A stretch of 64,000 nucleotides of DNA from Octopus sinensis (GCF_006345805.1 NW_021836164.1:4220-68219); one strand, 5' to 3'; positions 12,146 to 26,263 are shown, counted from the first letter of the stretch. The notes: generated by a model not told the origin, from the sequence alone. Numbers and translations are program-made.

Positions 12146-12659
12146 TATATATAATATACATGCATATATGTATATCTGTATGTGTATGTATATATACTGT
12201 ATGCACATAACAGTAACACACATACAAACACAGTATAGACAGACAGGCAGACACGATAGATAGATAGATAGATAGATAGTACAGAAGTATTTGTGTTTAT
12301 TGCTTCAACGTTTTTAAATATATGAATATTGATAATAGAGCAGCCCGGCATCAGCTAATCTCGTGAAAATGACAATATGGTATAGCATTTCACTCTTTTA
12401 CTTAGTCATCCTACAACCGCTATAATCTCCTCTTTGCTGCAAGAAGACAGACGCCTTCTTAGCAGGCTATTATATAAATACTTGACATCATCTCAAGGTT
12501 AAATATTCGAGGTTTCCTACAACCAGCTTAAAGTTTTGTCAATTTTTAAAATAAATAATGAAACAGATTTTTGAATACGTTTTCAAGTATTTCCATACAT
12601 CCACATCAATACCCACTCACATACAGATATCAACACTTATATACAATATATATATGATT

Positions 12660-12735
12660 GATTCGATTGATTGATTGATTGATTGATTCTAGTTTCAGCT
12701 TATGAGCTGTGGCCATGCTGGGGCACCGCCATTTG
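12660..12735 (-). mobile_element. Orphan CR1-type LINE 3' terminus with (ATCA)n tail
   Basis: Reverse complement of GGCGGTGCCCCAGCATGGCCACAGCTCATAAGCTGAAACTAGAATCAATC, identical to the LINE end at 46212-46261. Confidence 0.85.
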
Positions 12736-12755
12736 GTGTTGCTATATATCTATAT

Positions 12756-12786
<31 letters not shown>

Positions 12787-12817
12787 TATACATGTGTGTG
12801 TGCATATGTGTATGAGC

Positions 12818-12867
<50 letters not shown>

Positions 12868-13099
12868 AGCTTAGAGAAGAAGAAGAAACGAAACCAAACC
12901 AAACGAATCGAATCGACGCCAAGGCGCTCAGTCATACAATAGTGTAATAAATAAAATATATGCATACATACAAACATATATGTACGTACCTACATCTACA
13001 TGTATATATACATGCATATATAAATATATATACGTGTGTACAGGACACCACAAATAGACGTAGAAATATATATGACTCTGTCGATTACGACGGTGGAGT

Positions 13100-13830
13100 G
13101 CTTAAATTGACCCATTCAACGGAACAACCTGCTCATGAAATTAACGTGCAAGGTTCGATCTGGATCAAACAATCCGACCCTGAGGATTTGTTCGATGTGG
13201 CGATAGGAACCCACGACAGCGCCGACATTTGTGACCTCATTGGGCTATACGTGTTGGATACCTTAGGGAAGGAGTTCCTTTCAGTCCTCTTTGGCCTCTA
13301 CAGAGATGACACTCTGCTGTCTGTAGAGGGGCCAACGGGTACACCCTTGATAGACTTAGAAAGGACCTGATTAACGCTCTAGACTCCATGGGGCTCAAAA
13401 TAACAATTCAGACCAACCTCACCATCATAAACTTCCTAGACGTCACGCTAGACTTGGGCTCCGGTTCAAACAGGCACTACCGCAAACCAAACGGGAGGCT
13501 GTCCTACATCAACCCCCCCCCCCCGTCACCTGCCTATCGTATTCAAGAACCTAGTGAAGCGTGTCAGCAAGAGAATCTCGAATCTCTCTTCGTATGAAGA
13601 AATTTTCGATGCCGCACGCCCTTATTACAACGAGAACTTGGCGCTCAGTGTATTCAAGGACCGCAACTCCCATATTTCGGGCCCAAGCATTCGCAAAAGG
13701 AAGCACTGCCGGAGCGTCGATCGGTTTGCTGCAATGTTCTCACTCAACGTTAAAACTTGTGTGTGAATAATATTCCTTAGGTTAGTAGACAAGCACTTCC
13801 CGCAGATATACACAAGTACGGGCGTTTGTT
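13100..13830 (+). mobile_element. Penelope-like element RT remnant (YRDD type, probably Nematis-like)
   Basis: FDVAIGTHDSADICDLIGLYVL, GLYRDD, INFLDVTLDL, YRKPNGRLSYIN, KRISNLSS..EIFDAARPYY and FSLNVKT..IFLRLVDKHFP; frameshifted. Confidence 0.85.
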
Positions 13831-14461
13831 CAATAGGCACAGCCTTAGAGTCTCTCAGCATGAAAAGAATATTGGCAAATACCCATCCTTTTCTAATTCT
13901 CTTTTTCTTCCCCTCCCTCCTTCACTGTTTTCTATCTGTCTCTCACTCCCCTTCTTTTTCTCTCTCTCTCTCTCTTTCGTTGCTCACATGTGACCATCTT
14001 CCATCTTTTCTTCACCTGACCATCTTATCCTGCACGGACGTTCAAAAGACGGCATGTGCTTCTCTCCCTCTCTCTCTCTTCTCTCTTTTCTCTTTACAAA
14101 AATAGTGTTTCTCTCAGCGTTCACTATTTTCCTCTCGTTCTAGTTTAATGACCCTCCATGTTTGTTTTCGTTCAGTTATCTTGTAAGTCTCCACTGTCAT
14201 GTTTTTGTTCCCAAATTTGACCCTCCATAAATGCTAAATCTTATTTTAGAATTTATGGGAGCAACTGTCATTGAAGACTCATATTGTCTGATGAAGTGTC
14301 CTTTCTCTGTGTTTACTTGTCCTGCTTTCCATTTTTTCCCCTTGTTTATGTATTTAGCTCGTTTGTTTACGTATTTCATGTTATTTGCACCGTTGGTGAT
14401 GTCCTGTACCCATATATATATATATAATATATATATATTAATATATATATATATAATTCAA

Positions 14462-14684
14462 TTAACTGAACGCGACGCATCCATTTCCAAGTAGTTTTTA
14501 TATGATAGATCGTTAGCCACTACACACATTTTTTTCTCTCCTTGTTTTCTGTGTCCCACTCTGTAGAAGAGCGTAGGCTCGAAACGTAAAAGACGTTTTC
14601 TATTCCTGAGCGTTATACTAATACATCGGTATGTTTTGTACACCACCTGTCTTCGTCTTTTGTTGTTTTTCTCGTAACTCTCCC

Positions 14685-14752
<68 letters not shown>

Positions 14753-14795
14753 GTGTATGAACTTACTTGGAAATGGATGCGTCGCGTTCAATTAA
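14462..14795 (+). mobile_element. Penelope pLTR-like short element with an inverted duplicate of its 5' end
   Basis: 14462-14493 and 14764-14795 are reverse complements at 31/32 positions. A hammerhead-like remnant CUGUAGA-A-GAG..CUC-GAAACGU..ACGUU lies at 14561-14597. Confidence 0.6.
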
Positions 14796-14814
14796 ATAAA
14801 TAATATATATTATT

Positions 14815-15021
14815 GAATATGTGATCGCGCGTGAATCGTTGGCGATTTTCTTTCTCCGTCTCCTCTTCCTTGGACCTTTCCTTTTCTACGTTTCTGACGA
14901 AGAGCTCCACTCGAAAATTTAAATCTTCCTTCTTTCTTTCCTTTCCTGAGCATCAACTAACACTATACTTGTTCCATGTCCTCGCGTTGTTGTTTTCTCT
15001 TTGTTCATGCTTGGATTAACT
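14815..15021 (+). mobile_element. Second copy of the pLTR-like family at 5205-5421
   Basis: Shares ATATGTGA.CGCG.GT...TCGTTGGCGA...GAAGAGCTCCA.TCGAAA...GGATTAACTATATA. Hammerhead-like GUUU-CUGACGA-A-GAG..CUC-GAAA at 14890-14924. Confidence 0.7.
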
Positions 15022-15064
15022 ATATATAAATACACATACACATTTTATTTTTCTATCCTTTTAT

Positions 15065-15440
<376 letters not shown>

Positions 15441-15615
15441 ACAAAACCAATGCTGTGCGTGTTTGTGTGTGTACTGAAATAAGGAAATGCATACAAGGCA
15501 TCATTATATACCTACATCCATACATGTTCTGTTTATATAAATGTCATATAGAGTTAACCTTGAATATACACAGATTAGCTAGATGGGTGAAGGAATGTCT
15601 GATGCGCATTTATGA

Positions 15616-15664
<49 letters not shown>

Positions 15665-15666
<2 letters not shown>

Positions 15667-16829
15667 TAGCATTAAAGACCCGTCGTTGCCGGGTCATAGT
15701 GCTACTGCATGTATATATGTGTATATATATATGTGTACATATTACATGTACATCTATATATATACATCTACACATAAAATACAAAATACAAAGTTATATC
15801 TTGATATGGCTAGTGATAACAATACTCAAAATATATAACAGATTGGAATTGTTAGCCCGTCTCTTGTAATTTCGATCAATTGGATCTTGTCCTCCCTCTT
15901 GTATAGAAGTATGGCTACAATCCAGCCTACCTCTACTTCTGGTGGGGGGAGCGCATTTTTAATTTTTTTCCGGGACGTCCTACGTCCCAGATATAAAGGT
16001 AAAAATAAAATTTTTCCACTTTGCAAGTTCGAGTCGAGTATTCCCTTGCACGCTCCGTTGACTCGAACCTTGCTTCTATTGTGGCGAATTTACCGCCTCT
16101 GATTAGATATCTTTCATAGTCGCACCAAAACACTTTTAGAAGGTGCTTTCCTCCATGTGTTCAAATCTTTTTTCTCTACATTATATACTTTATAGACAAT
16201 AGTCTTTTTTTTAATTTAATTTTTTATTATCCATCTGGACTATTCCATTTCTGCACGCTAATTTTATTTTTAATTTATTCCCATTCATTTGAAACCACTT
16301 ATTCAAGTTCAAATCATTGAAGCAATTTTATACCAATTGCTATTTTTACTTTTGTTATGTTACGATTATATTATACTTTAGTTTGATTTTAATTATTACT
16401 TACTACATATAATTCAATTGTTATTATTATTTTTATTGTTAAAGTGAAAGTATCTGACATAAAATAGAGAAACGTTTTTGTTTCACTTTTAACACGTAAT
16501 ACTGAAATAGGGGAGAAGATATGATATTGCTATGAGCTCGCTCTAGGCAAGAAGTTGAACATTTTTTTGCCCATGAAACTACATGGACCCTAAGTAAGGC
16601 ATGTGTAAAATTTGAATGAAATTGGTTGTGTAGTTCTCAAGTTTTAGGGAATCGTAGTGGAGAAGATATGATATTGCTGTGGGCTCGCCCTAGGCAAAAA
16701 GTTAAAAATTTTTGCCGATGACACACCCAGGACCCTAAGTAAGGCATATGTAAAATTTGAATGAAATTGGTTGTGTAGTTCTCAAGTTTTAGGGAAACAC
16801 ACAGACAGACAGACACACATTCTCAATTT

Positions 16830-16830
<1 letters not shown>
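15665..16830 (+). mobile_element. Probable non-autonomous Helentron/DINE-1-like rolling-circle element
   Basis: Starts ACTAG with a sub-terminal hairpin GACCCG-7nt-CGGGTC (15677-15695), has an internal tandem duplication, and ends ACAGACAGACAGACAC..TTTTATATAT inside (TA)n. The assignment rests on terminal architecture only. Confidence 0.45.
16512..16796. repeat. Tandem duplication of an about 146-bp unit
   Basis: GGAGAAGATATGATATTGCT starts at 16512 and 16659; both units end GTAGTTCTCAAGTTTTAGGGAA. Confidence 0.95.
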
Positions 16831-16868
<38 letters not shown>

Positions 16869-18071
16869 AGAGGGAGAGAGCGAGAGAGAGAGAGATGTAT
16901 ATACTTATATATGTATGTGTGTATGTATATATGCATGCATGTGTGTGTAAATATACGTGCGTGCGTATGTATGTATGCATTTATCTAGTATATATATGTG
17001 TGTGTGTATTTATGTATGTATGCATGTACATATATTCTTTCTCTCCGTTGCATTTCTCTATAGAGTAGTCCCAAAGTGTCAGACAGTGAGAAGTCTAAAA
17101 GAGGAACAGCTGAACAAAAATTTGAAGAGAAAGCACCGTCACGTTTTCTTCACTGGTTTTGACTGCACCTTTCCTACCACCACCGCTACCGTAACAACCA
17201 TACTCGAGTCTAAGAGCCTCTTCCTAATCGCTAGATTTACTAGAAGTAGCAGCTAAATCTCCCTCAGATCACACACTACCATCTTTGAAAAGGGGTCTCA
17301 CTGCATTTAGTAAAAAAGCAGCATGATCACGGTTGGAGAGGCTGATCAGGGAGCTGAATAACAAAGACAAAGGCCAGTACAGCCCGCCCTGCACCCACAA
17401 ATATCTCAGCGACCACCACCACCATCGCTTCCATCATTGTCTAACATTTACCAACTTTATCGCTAAAGCCATCACCCATAACTACTACAACCAATACCTC
17501 TACCACCATCATCACCACCACCATCGCTCCGTCCACTGTCACAACTAAGACCAGCACTACAAATATGATGACCACCATCACTTCAACCGCTTCCACCACA
17601 CGACTACAAATATCCTCCTGACTCATACTACCACCAACACCACTGAGAACCACCCACCACCACTAAAGACTAATTTTTACAAGTCATGTCTGACTGACAA
17701 GTTCATATCAAGACAACAAAAATAAACTGTTTTTAAATGTGCTTGGCAAGACTTTTGGTGCCTCACTGATCTGCACCCTTCCTCTCTCTCTCCCTTCCCT
17801 CCTTTTCTCTCTATCTCTCTTCTCTCTTCCTCACTCTCCATAGCTTTCTTTCAATCTCCCAAGCTATTTACCAAAATGTATTTGTCGTTCGGTTTTTATT
17901 GCTCTCGTTTTATCTCAACAAACATCTAACTATGTATCCTAAGTGTTGCTAATGTTAAGGTCCCTTGCTCAATTATAAAGCCATAAACAATACCAAAATA
18001 ATTAATGATGAAAGGACTCAATACTTTACTGTAGTAGAACCAAATTTATTGTACATGTAGTGTTCACTGGC

Positions 18072-18340
18072 GTATGTATGTATGTATGTATGTATGTATG
18101 TATGTATGTATGTATGTATGTATGTATGTATGTATGTATGTATGTATGTATATAAATGTATATATATATATATATGAGAGAGAGACAGACAGATAGACAG
18201 AAGGAAGAGCTTAAATATACAGGTTTTACGTGCATATATTTGTATATGGGAATAGAGAAATATATATGCGTGTTTGTATGTGTACCAAGTTCCGTTATTT
18301 ATCGTTTCTTGGTTAATAAACGAAAATTTTATGCTTGTCT

Positions 18341-18393
<53 letters not shown>

Positions 18394-18475
18394 TGTTTAT
18401 ATGTTTATATATATATGCATGTTTATATATATATATGTGTATGTTTATATGTATATATATATATATAATGTATGT

Positions 18476-18524
<49 letters not shown>

Positions 18525-18589
18525 GTTTATATGTATAATATATATATATATTATATATTATATATATATTATATATATATATATGTATG

Positions 18590-18636
<47 letters not shown>

Positions 18637-18708
18637 TGTTTTATGTTTATATATATATGCATGTTTATATGTTTATATATATGCATGTTTATATATATAT
18701 ATGTATGT

Positions 18709-18756
<48 letters not shown>

Positions 18757-18830
18757 GATATATACATATATGTATATATTTGATATATCATATATATATG
18801 ATATATATACATATATGATCAACGTCAATT
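18072..18830. repeat. (ATGT)n followed by a compound (TA)n microsatellite field
   Basis: Pure GTAT run at 18072-18150; degenerate TA/ATGTTT arrays from 18340 to 18830. Confidence 0.9.
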
Positions 18831-19169
18831 TGTGTTTCTGTATATGTGTGTGTGTCTGTGTGTAGACCGATGTCTGTATGCGTGTACATATTAGAGTGCG
18901 GCTGTTTTGTCTACATGTAAGTATATTTACAAATATATGGGCGTGAATATGTATATCTTGTGTCAATGCATATTCTTAAATAAATACACATATTATATAT
19001 TCATAAATATTACACACACACATACATGCGCGTGCACACACACGCACACATATACATGGAGAGAGAGAGAGACAGGCAGACAGACAGAGAGATATATCAA
19101 ACGTGCAGACGATACATTATTGAAAGTTTTGTAGGAGCATCGCTACTTGAGAATATTTAGAGCTTTCAT

Positions 19170-19600
19170 TGGTCAGTTCAAGTCATGGGTAAGAAGTTTG
19201 CTTCTCAACCTCATGGTTTCTGGTTCAATCCCACTGCGTGGCCCCGTTGGCAGAGTGTCTTCTACTATAGCCTCGGGCCGATCAAAGCCTTGTGAGTAGA
19301 TTTGGTATCGGAAACTGAAAGAAACCCATCGCATGTGTGTGCTTGTGTGTGTCTTTGTGTTGGAAATTGTACCCAACCCTGTTTCTGTTTTCCGATCATT
19401 TGGTAGCAGGTAATATTTTAACTACTTTTGTGTGTAACTATGCTGGACTGCGATAGTTTTGGTGCAAAAGAGACCGGTAAAATAAGTACCAAGCTTTAAA
19501 AAACTAAGTACCAGAGTCGATTCTTCGTTTGGAATTCCTCAAGGCCGTAACCTAGCATGGCTGTAATCTAATGACTTAAACAAATAAATGATAAAAGATA
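19170..19600 (+). mobile_element. tRNA-derived SINE (family A) interrupted by an about 66-bp insert
   Basis: Head and core at 19170-19340; tail CAAAAGAGACCG...CTAGCATGGC at 19465-19600. Confidence 0.7.
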
Positions 19601-22600
19601 AAAGATATGCTTCCGCATCGCAGAGGCGACAGTCTGAAGGCGTTAAGGAGTCGGTGACCTGCAGGGACTGGGAACTCAGCAATATTAAATACTGAAGTTG
19701 ACGGAGGGAAGCTGTTCCACTCGTGGGGTAAAGGATCTGGTGGATTCAGGTTTTGTGTTGGTATATACATGTATGCATATATGAGCGCACATGTGTGCGT
19801 GTGTGTGTGTATGTGTGTAATTGTATATGTTAGGTTATTCTTAATCCTACGAGTAACATGTTACTCAGTACAACCTTTCACATAAACGGACCTTCAGCGA
19901 CTAGACTGACGACCCTATCAAATCTGCTTAGTAAGGTGAATGGTTTTTTTATTGGACAGAAAACAAAACTTATCAAAAGGTAGAATAGCTCAATGGAGTC
20001 AACGGCTATCCAAAAGCTGGCAGTGAGAGATCCCGCATCTTGGTTTCGATGTCACTCGAAGAGAAGGAAAAGCTTTAATGTAATACCCGCAGTTTCTTTT
20101 GCATCCAGTTATAAAGACTAATTTTATTTGGGCAAATAGATACATTGTTTAGGGAGTGCAATGGTCTTGTACAAACCTTTCTTCACTTTAAGAAGTTTCA
20201 GGCACAAGCATTGCATGATTTTTAACATCTCTGTTAGGCGTTGCATACTATGTCTGGTCATAGCCGATGAAATGAAAACATGTGTCGGCGTGGCTGCTAG
20301 GTTCTCTGAACACCTACTCCAAGAGGCGCCCGTCGTTATCACATCTGTGCAAAAAAAGTATGGGTTCTTAGCAGGACTGAAAAGACACATCCATACTGCT
20401 TTAAAGGGACAATCAAGCGATAGCATTGCTCGACAATCGAATTGTAACCATCCTGTTTATGCGTATATATTCCCAACCCAACATACCAGACTACCTGCAC
20501 TTTTCTTTTCTCCCTTCCACTCCAAGTCTTCGTTTAGAGATTATGATATGTAGTTTTCAGCAATCTTCAAGCCTGAAGTGCTAGCCCACTCCACCATTTT
20601 ATCCTCTTTTTCCGCCATCTTATTTTTTATTTGCACGTACGCTTGTTTGAGTGTGAGAGCTCATACATGATAACAGTGACTATGCATGGTAATTATTTAC
20701 CGTACATGAAGGAACGAAGAACAAAAACGACAATGCCGGAGTTTGAACGCAGTACTAGATAGGGCATAGGGTTTTCTTTTGAATCCTATCGATTCTACCC
20801 TTCACCCTGCTCTGAATGAGGAATAATAGAGTCAAGGTAAGAGTCACAGTTCTCCAAAGCACATTGCTGAGATCAGGAGAAACATCTCCAAGTATGGATA
20901 CTTCCTTTAGCAGCAACGTCGCAAACAGTCCTTAAAAGTATGATATCAATCAGAACAGCACAACCAACTGTCAGAGTATTACACCACCAGTTAAAACCAC
21001 CAGGCGCGTTTTCAGACCCACTGCGATCCTTATACCTCGATACCACTATGCAATAATATAATACTCATAATAACCACGTAATAACTAACCACATAATACA
21101 CACAGACACACACACACACATGCACACACATGCCGTTCGGAATCAGTTTCATGATCAACAAATGACCGCCATACAAAGACAGGAATTTTGGTACATAATA
21201 TGGTAGAGTGGCACCATTCCTGTAACAAAACAGAATTCTACTGTGTTCTGTTGCCAAAATCTCTGTATACCAAAGACCATTGGCAAGTGCTTTCATAATG
21301 TCTTGTCATCAAAATGATTTCTGCCTTCCTGCTCACCTACCAAAACTCTGCTCCATAAATCCTTTCTCTTAATCTTCGGTACAAAACTCTTACTGGATGC
21401 TGTTATCTACAACAGGGTGAGGACCGAAACTATCGCAGTCCAGCATAGTTACACACAGATGTAGTTACAAAATATTACCTGCTACCAAACAAAAGTAGGG
21501 TTGGTCAGATCTGGTACAACTTTGATTACAGATCTGTTTCATCAGGGCTAACCTGGTAGTAAACAACAACATTAACAATGATAACAATAGCAATAATAAT
21601 AACAACGATAGATTATAGGCCACCAGACATGAAAGACGAAAATTTATTAAAAACCTGCCCGGGAAGCATTAAACTAACACGAACCAACAATGGCCTGGTA
21701 TTCATCTCAACAATACAAAAAGTTAGATGAATAATTAGAAAAGATACAGCAACAGACACGGCTGGCGCTATGATTCGCAGGTTAAGTAGTTGGAGGTCGA
21801 TGAAATCGATTCTGCTCTTCAGCCCCGAATTGTGTGGTCCTGGGCCAATTTTAGAAATCATTATTAAGCCATTCTCTCATTGTAAACATTATCTGATAGA
21901 TCATTGTTGTTACACGGTAGTTGATCATTAACATCTCCTCCATCAAAATCTTGATGCCAGCGCCCACCTCTCCTCCTACCCTTTCTCTATAGCGTTCTCT
22001 CTGTGAATATGTGCATGGGTGTGTGATATGTATTTATCTATGTGTGTGTATACACATATACGTAGGACACGGATAGTTAGATATACATATATGCACTTAT
22101 ATATTAAGATATATATTTGCATGTATCTATGTATGTATGAATGTATATATATGTACACCTGCATATTTATGTATATATATACGTGCACACGCAAACACAC
22201 ACACACATATATACACACGCACACACACACACACACACATCATGAATTTTCAACCAAAATGCCAAATTGTAAATGACTTTCCACCATCAGTGAATTAATT
22301 GCAGAACCCAGTCTAAAGGAAACTTTGGGTACCAGAAAAATAATAAAAATCACATGTGCTAATGCATGCATGGGTGATGCATGCATTATGAATCAACTAA
22401 AATATAAATCAGCTGAAAGATAAGTAGCATGATCGTGTGATAAGCTCCTTAAGTTAAAACATGGTTAGAAGAAACTTTCTCCAACCTTTCAAATAAGGCC
22501 CTTCATTACGAAAAAAAAGTTTTCTTCATTCTCTCATGAGATCTTGGACGCAGAAAGCCACTAAGATCGGTGAATATTAGTGATTGCGTATGCATGGGAT

Positions 22601-23899
22601 AGAAATGAACAGAGAGAAAAATATATCTAGAGAGAAGGGACAACAATTTTGAAGTGCTTAATGAAGAGAAAAAGAGCGATAAGTGAAATGAAGCATCGGA
22701 GAAGAATTAAGTAGACTATTTAAGGTAAAACTCATACACATTCTCATCTATGTAACGTGTGTGTGTGTGTGTGTTTGTGTGTATGTGTGTGAATAACACT
22801 GTTAATAATTTGTTACGGTCACTGACATGACCAGCAATAAGAACCGGTCCGCTTTAAACTGACTTCTCTGTCTAGTTCTAGATCTCATATATATTACTTT
22901 TATTCTGTGACTTCTCTCCCGTCACCTTTCCATTTCCGAGCACTTCCCACCGACTACAGGATCGCTAGCATTTCTTATCATTCTAAATTGTTCAAGCTCT
23001 ACTGGACGAAGAGAAAAAGAAACGAACAAATGATTTACTCTCTCCTTGGCGAAAGAAAATTGTACGAAACGTCCGTAACTTGTTTTCTGACGACACAATG
23101 ATTCTTCATAGATTTGAACTCATGGATGAATATATTTTTGCAATACATAACACTGTTAGTCTCCTAAGATTCAAACAAATATACATATGTATGCATGTGC
23201 TTGTATGCAGGCGGTGTGTCTCTCTATATATGTGTGTGTGTATAAATGTGTGTGCGTGTATGTGTATATGCACACACACACACATGTATGTATGCATATG
23301 CACTCACATATATGTAGGCATATACATACATATATGTGCGAGTGTATAGAAAAATAGATGACACACAGACACAAGGAAACAGTGAGAGAAGGTAAGATTC
23401 GAACCAGTTACATACATACCGCTCTTTCAATATCTTCTTTGGTTCCTCACTTTTCAACCATTCACATTCACCAATATTTCTTTAACAGTGTCATTCTCGT
23501 TTTACACATTCTGTGCGCATAAGTACTGGTTCGATAAATGCACCTGTCAATAAGCATCTATCCGTATTCAAGTATCGATATGTGTGCATATAAAGATAGA
23601 TGGATAGAAAGATAGATAGATAAATAGATAGATAGATAGATAGATATGTATTCTTGTCCTACCTCTCACCTACTTTCGTCTCTTCTACAAAACATAACCA
23701 TGGCTGACATGACTGTCCAACCTTTTATACACGTTTTTAGTCAGTAACAAGATGGACGACTTCAATAAAATATACGAACATCCATTTTGGATGTGTGCGG
23801 TCATACGTACACCAGTGCTCATTATAGCCTCACAAACATGCATAAACAGATACACACACACACACACACACATACCTACAAATATATGGATATGTATGC

Positions 23900-23944
23900 A
23901 TGCGTATATATGTGCATATATATGCAAGTATATATATGTGTGTG

Positions 23945-23997
<53 letters not shown>

Positions 23998-24029
23998 GTG
24001 TATATATATATAATATATATATATATATA

Positions 24030-24076
<47 letters not shown>

Positions 24077-24379
24077 ATATATATATATATATATATAAGT
24101 ATATTCATATATTCATGTATACTTTCACATAAAATTGTTTGAGATGTGTATTTACACGCATCTTTTCGGAATTCCCCCGGGTAAGTATATTAAGTGTACT
24201 TGTGTATATGTGTGAGTATGTGTGTGTTTATGAATGAGCATACACACACATATATAAATTCATATATATATATATACATATATACACACATTTATGCATA
24301 TATATACACATATATATACACACGTGTATATATATATATATTTATATATATATACACACATATATATTTACATATATGC

Positions 24380-24416
<37 letters not shown>

Positions 24417-24445
24417 TATATACACCATATATATATATATAGAGA
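23900..24445. repeat. Compound (TA)n/(TG)n/(CA)n microsatellite field
   Basis: Directly visible low-complexity sequence. Confidence 0.9.
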
Positions 24446-26200
24446 GAGAGAGAGAAAGAGAGAGAGGAAGAAAGAGCGAGAGACATATATACGTGTTTTG
24501 ATTATTTTTTCATGCATATGTGGGAAACAAATATGCCTATGTGTGTTTATGTGTGTGCGTGTGTACACACATACTGCACTCATATATTTATATACACATA
24601 CATGTGTGTTTGAAAATATATACTTATATGCACATATTTAACTATACACTTGTGTGTATATATATATACAAATATCATATGTATACATATATATGCTTAT
24701 ATATATATGTATATTTGTGTGTGTATGCATATATGTATCATATGTATGCGTGTATGAATACACATATACACACGGTCGTATACAACTAAAACCAGAATGG
24801 CGCCTAAATGTCGTTATTGCCATTGCTTGCACATTTCCCGTCCCAGCGCAGTCACAAATCAACTCTCCAATCACACTGTATTAGAAGTGATCTCCGATCA
24901 GCTATTTTAGACTTTGATCTCTTGAAACGATTCCAAAGTGTGTTTCTAGCCAGATCTGTTTCTCCATCAAGGCGTTGTCGCGCGCGCGCACATGTACTCA
25001 CACTCACGCACGCACGCACTTACGCATACACACACACATACTCACTATGCGGACTATTGGTACATATAAGTACATGCACTCATATAATTCCTCTGTCTTT
25101 ATCTCTCTCTCTCTCTTTCTTTCCCTCTCTCACACACACTTCATCTTTGTATCTTCTCTTTCTCCTACCTTCCCCACATTTTTCCTATTTCTACTTATAC
25201 TTTTATTATCGCTTTCCTCTGCTGTTCTTTTTTATATATTTTTATTCTCCTCCTGAAATTCTTTACTACTTTTCTATTTTTGTTTTGTTTTCATTTTATC
25301 TAACGCGTTTTTATGAGTCCCGTAGAGTTCTGATAATTTGCCAAGCAGCTTATTCATCGACATAGTTTCGATATACCAATTGAGCCTCATTCATTTCACT
25401 TATGTATTATCTTCCTTGGAGATTTTCTCTGGCAGTAATTACCCCTTAACTTGTGAAATAACTTTTACTGATGTTAAACCTGTACCAAAGTCCCGGGTGG
25501 GGTGGAATTTAATGTTGCACCAAACATAACTTTATATTTCAAATGTGATATTGTATGAGTTTGTTATGATGCACCACAGCAATAAACATGCTATACATCG
25601 TTATGTTAGCCATACTGATACTACGTCATCGCATTTATCATCATTCTTTTAGTAATTATGTCCATCATGTGTTGTATGTTTTGTTATTCTTATGTTATTG
25701 ACTTAATCATTCCGTTGCGATTTAACCGTGTCACAATACAACCATGTTTTTTTTTTTATTCATATGCTGTGCGGTGGATTACATAATTTTCCGAGTACAC
25801 TTACTGTCAAATATTCACTGCTGAATTAACAATTGAACAATGCAAAGTTTTACACATATACCTTTTTGTGCGCGCGTGTGTGTGTGTGTGTGTGTGCGAG
25901 CATGTATGCGGGTATGTATATATTATTTTTTGGCGAATGCGTGGGTGAGCATGTGTGTGTTTCAAGTGAGGGTGGATGGGTATATACATATAGGCACATG
26001 TACGTGGGTGTACGGACGTGCAAGTGTATGTAAGGACATGCGTGATTATGCGAATACTATGAACTTTTTTACCTCCTTACTTTTTACTCTCTCCCCTCAC
26101 TTAGCGGTCATTCAAATAGCTCTTTTCTCTTAACAACGGTCAATCACACAGTAATTTCCCTTTGTTTAACGGTCATTTTCATAGCATTTTTTCGATGGCC

Positions 26201-26263
26201 TGATAACTGAAGAGATGCCGGCGTGGATTTACGACCCGACATTCGAAACTCGGAGTTTTATCA
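26201..26263 (+). ncRNA. Type I hammerhead ribozyme with extended stem II
   Basis: Stem I UGAUAA/UUAUCA (6 bp); CUGAAGA at 26207-26213; stem II GAUG..CAUU with an apical hairpin; CGAAA; stem III ACUC-G-GAGU; GUU site ending at 26257. Confidence 0.75.

Noticed and set aside
17333-17660. His-rich or Thr-rich mucin-like ORFs
   Set aside because: A degenerate (CAC/CAT/ACT)n simple repeat with stops in the Thr-rich frame and no splice evidence.
20124-21296. Short ORFs with faint pogo-like (NG..EI..GH) or GIY-YIG-like (YVG) words
   Set aside because: Too few matching residues to assign without a profile search.
19399-21489. About 66-bp inverted pair (19399-19465 and 21425-21489) as terminal inverted repeats of a 2.1-kb DNA transposon
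   Set aside because: The left copy sits inside a SINE whose head is outside and tail is inside the putative element, and no target-site duplication is visible. Two dispersed copies of a small repeat fit better.
21760-21826. Minus-strand CUGAAGA-GCAG...CUGC-GAAU hammerhead-like string
   Set aside because: GAAA, the U16.1/H17 site and stem I are all disrupted, so at most it is an old remnant.
22907-23101. Possible host exon after a pyrimidine tract
   Set aside because: A short ORF with no recognisable homology and no convincing donor site.
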